Origin: Myxococcota bacterium
GTDB taxonomy: Bacteria > Myxococcota_A > UBA9160 > JAFDDA01
NCBI GenBank assembly: GCA_965228475.1
Contig: OZ245817.1
Coordinates: 1,472,001 to 1,536,000, forward strand
Length of the DNA: 64,000 nucleotides
Direction of reading: 5' to 3'
Shown here: one piece after another, positions 55,746 through 64,000 of the stretch
Layout: each line of letters opens with the position of its first letter
Numbering within the stretch: position 1 is the stretch's first letter
Notes under the pieces: model-generated
Told to the model about the DNA's origin: nothing
What the model saw: only the letters and a program-made list of their open reading frames with translations
Database searches by the model: none
Program-made: the position numbers and the translations under genes

Positions 55746-56519
55746 TCAGCGCTTGCGGGCCTTCGCCTTCTTTCCCGGCGGGGCCGGGCGCGCGGCCTCG
55801 CTGTGGGGCGCCGGCTTCCTGCGCTCGGGATGGACGCAGATCTGGTCGACCAGGAGCGCGAACGCCCGCGCCTCGTAGTCGAGCTCTTCCAGCACGTCGA
55901 GTCCGAGCAGGTAGGCGTGGATGCGGAACGTGTTCAGACCGATGAAGCGCCAGGCGATGAGGTCGCAGTCGAGATCGGGGAGGAACTCTCCGTTCTCGAC
56001 GCCTTCCTCGAGGATCTGGCGCACCATGTCCGCGTTGCGCTCGACCGAGGCCTTCACGAAGCCCGCGAGCTCCCGGTCCGATTGCAGCTCCGTCACGACG
56101 AGGGCGTTGAAGATCGCGCGATCGCCGAGCCCGCGGGAGCGGACGGCCTCGCCGAGCGCCCAGAGGCGGTCCCGGGTGGTGGAGGTGGCGTCCCGCGAGC
56201 GCGCCAGGTCGATCGTGTTGGGGCCGACGGTCCAGGCCACCGCCGCGCGGATCAGCTCCACGCGGCTTCCGAAGATCCGGTAGATCTGCGCCAGGGTGCA
56301 GTCCGCGCGCTCGGCGACGGCCCGCATGCTGACCTTGTGGATCGAGCCGCGCTTCACCGATTCCTCGACGAAGGCCACGAGGATCGAGGCGCTCCGGACC
56401 GCCGAGGGGACCCGCGAGCGGCGCTCCTTCCCGCTCGCCGTCTTCTTCCTGCTCGCCGTCGTCTTCCGCTTGCGCGCCGCCACGGAGGCATCTTCGGGGA
56501 TTTGTCGCACCGCTGCCAT
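55746..56519 (-). CDS. TetR family regulator with a basic N-terminal extension (start uncertain)
   Basis: VSMRAVAERADCTLAQIYRIFGSR HTH; ILEEGVENGEF. Confidence 0.8.
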   Translation of the reverse strand: MAAVRQIPEDASVAARKRKTTASRKKTASGKERRSRVPSAVRSASILVAFVEESVKRGSIHKVSMRAVAERADCTLAQIYRIFGSRVELIRAAVAWTVGPNTIDLARSRDATSTTRDRLWALGEAVRSRGLGDRAIFNALVVTELQSDRELAGFVKASVERNADMVRQILEEGVENGEFLPDLDCDLIAWRFIGLNTFRIHAYLLGLDVLEELDYEARAFALLVDQICVHPERRKPAPHSEAARPAPPGKKAKARKR

Positions 56520-56554
56520 TCCCGGCGAGGGGCCCGGCGGCGGGCCCCCGCGCC

Positions 56555-58621
56555 TCAGTTCGTTCCGTTGTCCTCTTCCGCCGGCACGAGTTCGAGGAAG
56601 AGGCCCGTGAAGCCCTGATCCCGGACCGACTCCACCGGGCCGAGGCCGAAGCCGAGCAGCGTCGGGAGATCGAAGGCGGCGATGGCGTTGGTGAGCTTCG
56701 GGAGGATCTCCTGCTCGAGGAAGCTGCCGTTGGCGATGAAGAGATCCACCAGGGCCGTCGGCGGAATCCACTGGGCGAGCGGCGTGGTCAGGTAGGCCTC
56801 GATGGTGGTGAAGCTCGCATCGGGGGCGCACGTCGGCGTCCCGCTGCACGTCTCGATGTCGAACTCGAGCTTCGTGTCGGGGACGAAGCCCGGCGGATAG
56901 ATCACGCCGCCGGCGTACGGGTCGTCGATCACGGCCGAGATCCCGCCGTTCAGGCGGAGGATGCCGCGCACCAGAAGCGCCGGGCCGCGCCGGAGCTCCA
57001 TCACCATTCCGGCCAGCTGCAGCGCGGATTGAGAGGTCAGCGGCCCGGCGCTGCCGGTCAGGATCGGCGCGGCGGTCGGGGAGTAGCGAATGGACATCGC
57101 GTCCGTGGGGGCGATGTCGTTCTGGAGCTCCGGCGGGATCGTCCCGAAGAGGCAGGCGCCCGTCAGGGTGGGGGAGCCCGTCGGCGTCCCATCGTCGCAG
57201 CTCGGGTCTTCCGTGATCTCCCCGGAGAGGCCGCCGGTCTCCACGAAGCCTGCGAAGAGCTGGTTCATGAAGCTGTCCGAGAGGCCGATTCCGAGGTCGA
57301 AGGGCAGGGCGCCCGGCGAGAGTGCTCCCCAGACCGGCGGGCTCACCGGAACGCGGAAGCGCTCGGGGGGCAGCGCCGGGCACGCACCGTCGAAGAGCTG
57401 CCCCTGGGCGCAGAGCGTGTCGTTCGCCACCGCAGCGGTGTCCACCATGTAGCGGATGCCGTCGACGTCCTCGTCGATCGCGACGATCGAGGAGTTCAGG
57501 TCCATCATGAGCGTGGGTTCGATGGCCTGGGCGATGCCGAGCGCGTTGATCTCGGCTTCGACCGCGTCCGCGATCACCGAGCCGCCGCCCGGCGGGTTCA
57601 GGCTGTCGGCGACGAGGGTGAGCGCGCTCGCCTCGAAGTCCGCGCCGAGCGTGCCGACCAGATAGGCCTCGAAGGTGCTGTAGGCGCAGGGTCCCAGCGT
57701 GAAGTCGACGGTGAAGGTGCCGAAGGCGACGGCGAGGTTCGTCTGGGTGACGTCGATCTGGGGGCTCGCCGGGGTCTGATCGAGCTGCGCATCGACCATG
57801 AGCGGGTCGATGGTGACGGTGCCTTCGCAGTAGATGAGCGGCGCGCCCGGCGGCGTGAACGGGTCGTGCAGCTTGAAGTCGACCTCGAGGGCCGGCAGCG
57901 CGACGCCGAGATGGGTCACGCCGGCGCTCGGCGTGATGTCCACGCTCGGTTCTCCGTGGGTGACGGTCTCCACGAACACGTCGATCGGAAGGCCGCCTTC
58001 CGTGACGCAATCCTGGGTCGGGTCGATCTCGGGGAAGCAAAGACCGCCGAAGCTCGTGCCCTCGAGGGCCGTGAGATCGAGGCTCCCCGTCACGGTGGGC
58101 GCGACGAAGTCGGCGATGGCGTCGAGACCCGGCTGGGCCAGGCGGAGCGCGATCCCGTTCTCCGTCGATGCGTTCCACTGTTCGCCCGGATCCTCGCCGA
58201 CGACGAGGGTGACGTGGGCGCGGCGCTGGAAGGCGTTGTTGGTCGAGTCCGTCAGTACCGCGATCACCGTGTTCAGGTGGGGCTCCGCGTCGGCGCCCGG
58301 GACCCGGTAGTCGATCGGGACGGCCGCGCTGAAGGTGACCGGGTTGGTGTCGTGGACGGTCGCCTGGATCGGGCTGCCGAGAATTCCGTTCACGTAGAGC
58401 TCGACGACCGCGTCGGCGGCGGCGAGGCCCTCGTAGCGGAACTTCCCGGTCACCAGGACGTCGTCGCTCGGGCTTCCGGGGGTCGGCGAGGAAAGCTCGT
58501 GGAAGCTGCCCATGGCCGGCGAGTCGAACTTCAGCGGCACGTTCGTGCTGCACGCTCCCATTCCGGAGTAGAGGCCTGCCAGGACGGTCAGGGCGGCGAA
58601 CGCCCAGCGCTGCACGCTCAT
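56555..58621 (-). CDS. Large lipoprotein: Ig-like domain plus putative BPI/LBP (TULIP) fold
   Basis: AAGGAG RBS; lipobox-like MGAC; GIALRLAQPGLDAI and LGIGLSDSFMNQLF segments. Confidence 0.7.
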   Translation of the reverse strand: MSVQRWAFAALTVLAGLYSGMGACSTNVPLKFDSPAMGSFHELSSPTPGSPSDDVLVTGKFRYEGLAAADAVVELYVNGILGSPIQATVHDTNPVTFSAAVPIDYRVPGADAEPHLNTVIAVLTDSTNNAFQRRAHVTLVVGEDPGEQWNASTENGIALRLAQPGLDAIADFVAPTVTGSLDLTALEGTSFGGLCFPEIDPTQDCVTEGGLPIDVFVETVTHGEPSVDITPSAGVTHLGVALPALEVDFKLHDPFTPPGAPLIYCEGTVTIDPLMVDAQLDQTPASPQIDVTQTNLAVAFGTFTVDFTLGPCAYSTFEAYLVGTLGADFEASALTLVADSLNPPGGGSVIADAVEAEINALGIAQAIEPTLMMDLNSSIVAIDEDVDGIRYMVDTAAVANDTLCAQGQLFDGACPALPPERFRVPVSPPVWGALSPGALPFDLGIGLSDSFMNQLFAGFVETGGLSGEITEDPSCDDGTPTGSPTLTGACLFGTIPPELQNDIAPTDAMSIRYSPTAAPILTGSAGPLTSQSALQLAGMVMELRRGPALLVRGILRLNGGISAVIDDPYAGGVIYPPGFVPDTKLEFDIETCSGTPTCAPDASFTTIEAYLTTPLAQWIPPTALVDLFIANGSFLEQEILPKLTNAIAAFDLPTLLGFGLGPVESVRDQGFTGLFLELVPAEEDNGTN

Positions 58622-58634
58622 GTCGGACTCCTTC

Positions 58635-58762
58635 GATATCATTAGATATCTTTTATTGATCTCTTGAGTGATATAAAACTTATATAAATCAATTATTTAA
58701 AGATCGAAAAGAACCACTGGAAACAATCTATCACAGATTTTGATTGCAAACGTTATCAATTG
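58635..58762. promoter_or_regulatory. AT-rich divergent control region with an IHF-consensus site
   Basis: 30 G+C in 120 nt (58641-58760); AATCAAttatTTA at 58687-58699 matches WATCAA-N4-TTR; several short palindromes. Confidence 0.7.
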
Positions 58763-58809
58763 AGCGTAGATCGGTTTTCGACGGGCTTCGCCCCGGGGAG
58801 GAGGATTCG

Positions 58810-60822
58810 ATGCCGACTGGGCTTCGTTCACTGCCGATTGGGCTTCGTTCGCTGCGGACTGGGCTTCGTTCGCGGATCTTGTTGTTGGCGCTGGCGTTCG
58901 GCGCGACCGGTTACAACTGTGGCGCGCCGCCGTCCATCTACATCTCTTCGCCGACCAGCGGCGCGTTCCACATCCTCTCGGCCTACGGCCCGAACATCAC
59001 CGTCGACGGCCAGCTGAACTGCCTGCCGACGACGGGCGTCGAGGTGCGCCTGTGGTGGGACGAGGTCGGCCCCGACTCCCAGGCCGTCCTGGCGAGCGTC
59101 GCGCCCTCGACGCTCTTCACGGCCACGATGCCGGTGCCCACCGACGGGAAGGTGCTCCACACGATCATCGCCGAGGTCCGCTACGGGCCGGCGCTCTCGC
59201 TCTCGCGGCGTCACAGCGTGGTCGTGCACGTCGTCGACTACACGTCGAACGTCGGGACCGGCGACGACTTCACCACCCTGATCCGCCTGACGGACCTCGG
59301 CCTCGACGAGATGGAGCCCGCGCTCTCCGCCCAGGCCTCGGCGGCCTTCGACCTGAACGCGACCCTCCAGTGGCAGGACCTGCTGAACGGGACGGAGCCC
59401 TGCTTCGTCAACGGCCCGTTCGGCAGCTGCTTCGGACGCCTCCACCAGGCGTTGGTCACCAACGCTTCGATCGGCAGCGTCGGCGTCGAGCTCGACGCCG
59501 TTTCGGGCGCCGTCGCGACGGACATCGCGCTTTCGGACATCGACCTGAACGCCCAGCTCCAAGGGAAGCTGGCCGGCTTCGGCTTCACGTGCGACGCCGC
59601 CCTCAACACGGACGAGGCGGACCTCGACGTGGAGATGGACCTCGAGAAGGACCCGGCGGATCCGAGCCGGCTGATCGTGGTGCAGAACGGGAACGTGGGG
59701 GTCGGCCCGCTGAACTTCCTCGCCCTGGACCTGAACTGCTCCGGCGTGATCGGCGGCGTCCTCGGCAACCTGTTCGACACCGTCACGGACTCTCCCGAGA
59801 CGCTCGAGCGGGTCCAGACCGGCCTCGCAGACATGATCAACTCGAACCTCGTGCTCGCGGACGGCTTTCAGGATGCCCTCGACGAGATCGCGCTCGCAGA
59901 CGCGATCGGAACGTCGCTCGGCATGGACCTGGGCGTCACGCTCGGCGGCGATCCGCTGATCAACGGCACGGGGATCTCGGTTGTGGCCGGAATCGACCCC
60001 CAGCCGACCACCACCGAGTGCAGCCCCGGCAACCCGCTCGCCGGCAACGGCTGGGCCTGCCAGGCGCTCCCCGACACGGTCTTCCTCGCGAACAGCGGCG
60101 GCAACTTCTGGGGATGGGACGACACGGCGCCGAGCGGTCCGAGCTACGACGTCGGCGTCGGGATCGAAGATACGGCGCTGAACCTGCTGCTCCGGGCGGT
60201 CGCCGAGCAGGGCAAGCTCTCGCGGCGGGTCACGTCCCTCCCGGGAATCCCCGGGAACCTCACCTGGGACGCCCTGATCAGTCCGGCGGGCTGCGCCGCC
60301 ATCGGGATGCCCTGTTCGGACCGGGTCGACATCAAGATCTCGCCCGTCGTGGCGCCCTTGGTCCGGGGCAACGCCGGAATCGGCGGTTCGATCACCGACC
60401 TCGTGTTCCAGCTGAACCTCGAGTTCGCGACGCCCGGGTTCAACGCGTCCTACGACGTCCCGCGGCTGACGATGCTCCTGACCGTCGAAGCGGGGCTCGA
60501 CCTCGTCGTTGCCAACGACGAGCTGGGCTTCGAGTTCAAGCTCTGCGACCCCGAGCCGTGCACGCCGAACTTCGACCTGAACGCGATCTACACGTTCTTT
60601 CCGAACGTCTCGATCGGTCCGCGTCTGATCGACGGCGTCTTCATCGGCCAGCCCGACATCCAGGACGCCGTGACGGATCTGCTCACCACGAGCCTCGCGA
60701 GCGCCATCCAGGGCTTCCCGTTGCCGGAGTTCCAGGGGCAGACGCTCACGCCCATCACGATCGAGCGCGAGGGAACGCTCTCGACCACGACGGGATACAT
60801 GACGGTGTTCGGGGACCTCTAG
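58810..60822 (+). CDS. Large lipoprotein paralog: Ig-like domain plus putative BPI/LBP (TULIP) fold
   Basis: GGAGGAGG RBS; signal peptide ending GYNC; TLIRLTDLGLDEM and VGVGIEDTALNLLL segments are collinear with the divergent gene. Confidence 0.7.
   Translation: MPTGLRSLPIGLRSLRTGLRSRILLLALAFGATGYNCGAPPSIYISSPTSGAFHILSAYGPNITVDGQLNCLPTTGVEVRLWWDEVGPDSQAVLASVAPSTLFTATMPVPTDGKVLHTIIAEVRYGPALSLSRRHSVVVHVVDYTSNVGTGDDFTTLIRLTDLGLDEMEPALSAQASAAFDLNATLQWQDLLNGTEPCFVNGPFGSCFGRLHQALVTNASIGSVGVELDAVSGAVATDIALSDIDLNAQLQGKLAGFGFTCDAALNTDEADLDVEMDLEKDPADPSRLIVVQNGNVGVGPLNFLALDLNCSGVIGGVLGNLFDTVTDSPETLERVQTGLADMINSNLVLADGFQDALDEIALADAIGTSLGMDLGVTLGGDPLINGTGISVVAGIDPQPTTTECSPGNPLAGNGWACQALPDTVFLANSGGNFWGWDDTAPSGPSYDVGVGIEDTALNLLLRAVAEQGKLSRRVTSLPGIPGNLTWDALISPAGCAAIGMPCSDRVDIKISPVVAPLVRGNAGIGGSITDLVFQLNLEFATPGFNASYDVPRLTMLLTVEAGLDLVVANDELGFEFKLCDPEPCTPNFDLNAIYTFFPNVSIGPRLIDGVFIGQPDIQDAVTDLLTTSLASAIQGFPLPEFQGQTLTPITIEREGTLSTTTGYMTVFGDL
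58813..58875 (+). repeat. Three 21-bp tandem repeats in the signal-peptide n-region
   Basis: ccgactgggcttcgttcactg / ccgattgggcttcgttcgctg / cggactgggcttcgttcgcgg. Confidence 0.9.
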
Positions 60823-60849
60823 GTCTCGCTAGAGGGAAGGGGAAGAGAG

Positions 60850-61959
60850 ATGGATGTTGTCGTTCGAAGAAGGGTCGTCGCGCAATGGGGGTTCCTCGCG
60901 CTGCTCCTGGCGTCGTTCCTGCTGCCGGGCTCGGCCCGCGCCTACACGATCGGAGCGGCCGAGGGCACGAACACCGCGACGCAGCTCGAGCTCCGGCTCA
61001 CGCTCTGGGACGACGGGAACCCGCTGCAGGCCGTCTTCCACGAGACGGGCTGTGAGCCGGACGAAGATTGCCCGTTCTCCCTGACGCTCGGGGTCGCGCC
61101 GGTCTTCGTGTTCGGGCCGGGCGGAAGCTTCGGGACCTTCGACTTCTCCGCGACCCTGCGGCACGAAGGCTCGGCGGAGTCCGTGCAGTTCTCGGGCTAC
61201 GGGCACGAACTCGGCACGCACCCGCTCGACGTAGCGGGTCCCTTCTGGCAGCAGGTGAGCTTTCACCTCGCCGAAGGGCCGGGCGAGTCCTACCTGACGG
61301 TCTCGGCCACGGTCCCCGAGCCGCGCTCCCTCGCGCTGCTCGGTCTCGCGGGGATCGTCTTCGTGCTTCTGCGCCATGCGTTCCCCCCGCGTCGCCGGAG
61401 GGGGTTCCGGGGGGCTCTCCAGCCGGCGAGGCCGGGTGCCACCGTCGCCGCGTGCTTCCTCGCGGCGGCGGTCGGCCTCCCCGGCACCGCCCGGGCCTTC
61501 ACGGTCGACGTCGTTTCGCTGACGAACGAGCCGGGTCTGTTCGCAGCCGTCGTCCGGGTGCTCCACGACGGAAACGCGGACCCGCTCGAGGCGCGCATCT
61601 CCGGCTGCGTCCCGGACGTCCCGAGTGATGCGTGCCCCTTCACCCTGAACCTCCAGGTCTGGCCCGTGCCGATCCTGCCCGGCGTCTTCGACTTCCAGGT
61701 GATCGGCAACCTCGCGCACGTCGACTCGGCCTTCGCGCCCGCCTTCGAGCTGCACAACCACGATCCCCAGATCGGCACCGAGATCGTGCTCGGCCAGGAC
61801 GAGGTGTGGCAGACCTGGAGCCTCGGCTGGGACGGCGCCACGCGATTCGAGCTCGTCGCGACGGCGGCCGTCCCCGAGCCGCAGCTCGCGGTCCTGACCG
61901 CGGCCCTCGCTGCGACCTTCGGGTTGCGCCGCAGGCGCAGGGAGCCGCGTCCGGTATGA
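60850..61959 (+). CDS. Double PEP-CTERM protein (two signal-domain-VPEP units in one ORF)
   Basis: Signal ...PGSARA, domain 1, VPEP-TM-RRRR, second signal ...PGTARA, domain 2, VPEP-TM-RRRRR. Confidence 0.8.
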   Translation: MDVVVRRRVVAQWGFLALLLASFLLPGSARAYTIGAAEGTNTATQLELRLTLWDDGNPLQAVFHETGCEPDEDCPFSLTLGVAPVFVFGPGGSFGTFDFSATLRHEGSAESVQFSGYGHELGTHPLDVAGPFWQQVSFHLAEGPGESYLTVSATVPEPRSLALLGLAGIVFVLLRHAFPPRRRRGFRGALQPARPGATVAACFLAAAVGLPGTARAFTVDVVSLTNEPGLFAAVVRVLHDGNADPLEARISGCVPDVPSDACPFTLNLQVWPVPILPGVFDFQVIGNLAHVDSAFAPAFELHNHDPQIGTEIVLGQDEVWQTWSLGWDGATRFELVATAAVPEPQLAVLTAALAATFGLRRRRREPRPV

Positions 61960-62008
61960 TCGAGTCGCTCGCCCGGAGGCGGGTCGCCGCCCACCTGCCG
62001 GAGCGAGC

Positions 62009-62851
62009 ATGCACTACGGGGTCTCGATCTTTCCCACCGACTACGCGATGGCGCTCCCGGAGCTGGCCGTCGCCGCCGAGGCCCGGGGCCTCGAATCGCT
62101 CTGGGTCGCCGAGCACTCCCACATCCCGTCCTCCCGCAAGAGCGCGTTTCCCGGCGGCGGCGAGCTGCCGAAGATGTACTACGACACGCTCGACCCGTTC
62201 GTCGCCCTCGCGGCGGCGGCCTCGGTGACGACCCGGATCAAGCTCGCCACCGGCATCTGCCTCGTCGTCCAGCGCGACCCGATCCACACCGCGAAGGAGG
62301 TCGCCTCCCTCGACCAGCTCTCCCGCGGCCGCTTCCTGTTCGGCGTCGGCGCCGGCTGGAACGAAGAGGAGATGGCCGCCCACGGCACGCGCGATTTCAA
62401 GCGCCGCTTCAAGCTGATGCGGGAGCGCATCGAGGCGATGAAGGCGCTGTGGTCGGAGAAGGAGGCGCGCTACCGCGGCGAGTTCGTCGAGCTCGAGCCC
62501 TCGTTCCAGTGGCCGAAGCCCGTCCAAGAGCCCCACCCGCCGATCCACGTGGGCGGCGTCTTCCCGGGCGGCGCGAAGCGCGCGGTGCGCTACGGCCAGG
62601 GCTGGATCCCGATCGGCGGGAAGGGAGACGGTCTCGAGGAAGCGATCCCCGCCTTCCACGCCATGGCCGAGGAAGCCGGTCGGGAGCGTCTCGAAGTCAC
62701 GGCCTACGGCATCGTGCCGACCGAGAAGGTCGTGGATCGCTATGCGCGGGCCGGAGTCGATCGGATCGTCTTCGCGCTGCCGCCCGCGCCGCGGGAGGAG
62801 CTCCTGCCGCACCTCGACCGCTGCGCGGCATTCGTGAAGGAGTCGAAGTAG
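62009..62851 (+). CDS. LLM-class (F420-dependent-type) oxidoreductase
   Basis: SLWVAEHSHIP, DPFVAL, AKEVASLDQLSRGRF and PKPVQEPHPPI. Confidence 0.9.
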   Translation: MHYGVSIFPTDYAMALPELAVAAEARGLESLWVAEHSHIPSSRKSAFPGGGELPKMYYDTLDPFVALAAAASVTTRIKLATGICLVVQRDPIHTAKEVASLDQLSRGRFLFGVGAGWNEEEMAAHGTRDFKRRFKLMRERIEAMKALWSEKEARYRGEFVELEPSFQWPKPVQEPHPPIHVGGVFPGGAKRAVRYGQGWIPIGGKGDGLEEAIPAFHAMAEEAGRERLEVTAYGIVPTEKVVDRYARAGVDRIVFALPPAPREELLPHLDRCAAFVKESK

Positions 62852-63969
62852 TGGCGAAGCGTCAGGAACAGGAGACGGCGCGCACCGAGGTCACCGAGGT
62901 GGCGCCCGACGTGCTGCGCATGGAGCTGCCGATCCGGATGCCCGGGCTCGGCCACGTGAACTGCTACGCGATCGTCGACAAGGACGGTGCGGCGGTGGTC
63001 GACCCGGGAATGCCCGGCCCCGCCACCTGGAAGGCGATCCAGGACCGCCTGAAGCAGGCCGGGCTTTCGCCGAAGCACGTCCACACCGTGGTCATCACGC
63101 ACTCGCACCCCGACCACTTCGGCTGCGCGATGCGCTTCGCCAAGGAGTCGGGCGCGAAGATCGTGGCCCACCGGAAGTTCACGTTCGGCCCGCCCCAGGC
63201 GGCGGAGCCCGAGGTCTCCGCCGACGACCTCGCGGCCCATGCTTCCCACGACGGCCATGCCCACGGCCCGAAGCTCGAAGAGCGCGACGAGAACGATTCC
63301 GGGGAGGGCGACGAGGCGCTCCAGCGCATCCTGAAGAGCGGCCCCGGCCGCACGCCCTGGGGCGGCGAGCGCCCGCGCCCCCCTTGGCGGGTCAAACTGA
63401 AGTGGCGCGTGATGGGCATGCTCGGGCACCGCATCGTCCCGGTCGTGACCGACCCGGTGGAGCACGGCGATGTGCTCCGCCTCGCGGGGCGCGAGTGGTT
63501 CGTCTTCCACACCCCCGGCCACACCCAGGATCACTTCTGCCTGCACGACCCGGCCTCGGGCATCTTTCTCGCCGGCGACCACGTGCTCCCGACGATCACG
63601 CCCCACATCTCGGGCATCAGCTCCTCCCCCGATCCGCTCTCGACGTTCTTCTACTCGCTCGACCGGGTCGCCGAGATCCACGACGTCGAGCAGGTGCTTC
63701 CCGCCCACGGTCACCCGTTCCACGACCTCGCCGCGCGTTGCGAAGCGATCAAGCTCCACCACGACGAACGGCTCGAGAAGGTGAAGGCGATCGGCCGCGA
63801 GCTCGGGCCGGCGCCGGTCTCGGCCTTCTCGGAGCGCCTGTTCAAGCCGCGCAGCTGGGGCGCGATGGCCGAGAGCGAGACCTACGCCCATCTCGAGCAC
63901 CTGCGCATCGCCGGCGACGCGGGCCTGCGGCGGGACGAGGATGGCAAGCTGATCTACGAGACCGGCTGA
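62851..63969 (+). CDS. MBL-fold metallo-hydrolase
   Basis: GTG overlaps the upstream stop; THSHPDH, TPGH, GDHVLP and PAHG. Confidence 0.9.
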   Translation: MAKRQEQETARTEVTEVAPDVLRMELPIRMPGLGHVNCYAIVDKDGAAVVDPGMPGPATWKAIQDRLKQAGLSPKHVHTVVITHSHPDHFGCAMRFAKESGAKIVAHRKFTFGPPQAAEPEVSADDLAAHASHDGHAHGPKLEERDENDSGEGDEALQRILKSGPGRTPWGGERPRPPWRVKLKWRVMGMLGHRIVPVVTDPVEHGDVLRLAGREWFVFHTPGHTQDHFCLHDPASGIFLAGDHVLPTITPHISGISSSPDPLSTFFYSLDRVAEIHDVEQVLPAHGHPFHDLAARCEAIKLHHDERLEKVKAIGRELGPAPVSAFSERLFKPRSWGAMAESETYAHLEHLRIAGDAGLRRDEDGKLIYETG

Positions 63970-64000
63970 GCGCGGCGCGCACCCACGCCGCGTCGTGCGC

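Noticed and set aside
58740..58759. FNR box
   Set aside because: The half-sites TTGAT/ATCAA are separated by 10 nt, not 4.
253..63969. Many long overlapping or antisense ORFs in the track (e.g. 8341-11253, 23353-26121, 37007-39643, 43564-45639, 59052-61055)
   Set aside because: These are Arg/Pro/Gly-rich shadow frames expected at about 70% GC; each overlaps a gene with clear family motifs.

Overview
A 64-kb chromosomal window of about 70% GC, most likely from a Myxococcota/deltaproteobacterium-like organism (inferred from the PilZ-DUF4388, PEP-CTERM, sigma54 and globin-kinase gene content). 0-15 kb is mostly housekeeping: purL-purF coupled to a gamma-glutamylation module, nadB, a lytic transglycosylase, pgsA, a nucleotide-sugar dehydrogenase and tRNA-Gly(GCC). 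15-29 kb is mixed accessory genes: PEP-CTERM proteins, a His-rich protein with a metal permease, an AsaB/CmcJ-like oxygenase, a degenerate sulfatase and DUF4419. 29-50 kb is a micro-oxic/NO island: norCBQD with a di-haem NorC, ccoNOQPGHIS, USP, CBS and hemerythrin proteins, and an unassigned operon of two di-iron ferritin-like proteins plus a Cys4 protein, all surrounding a globin-coupled histidine kinase and an NtrC-family activator. I read ten sigma54 -24/-12 promoters directly from the sequence, eight with a 17-bp NtrC-like site 36-39 nt upstream, which outlines a putative O2-sensing sigma54 regulon. 50-64 kb has TetR modules, envelope-modifying enzymes, a divergent pair of lipoproteins resembling the BPI/LBP (TULIP) lipid-binding fold across a 25%-GC spacer, and an ORF that looks like a two-unit PEP-CTERM polyprotein. 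No CRISPR array, transposase, integrase or rRNA was seen. All calls come from reading motifs by eye; no searches were run.
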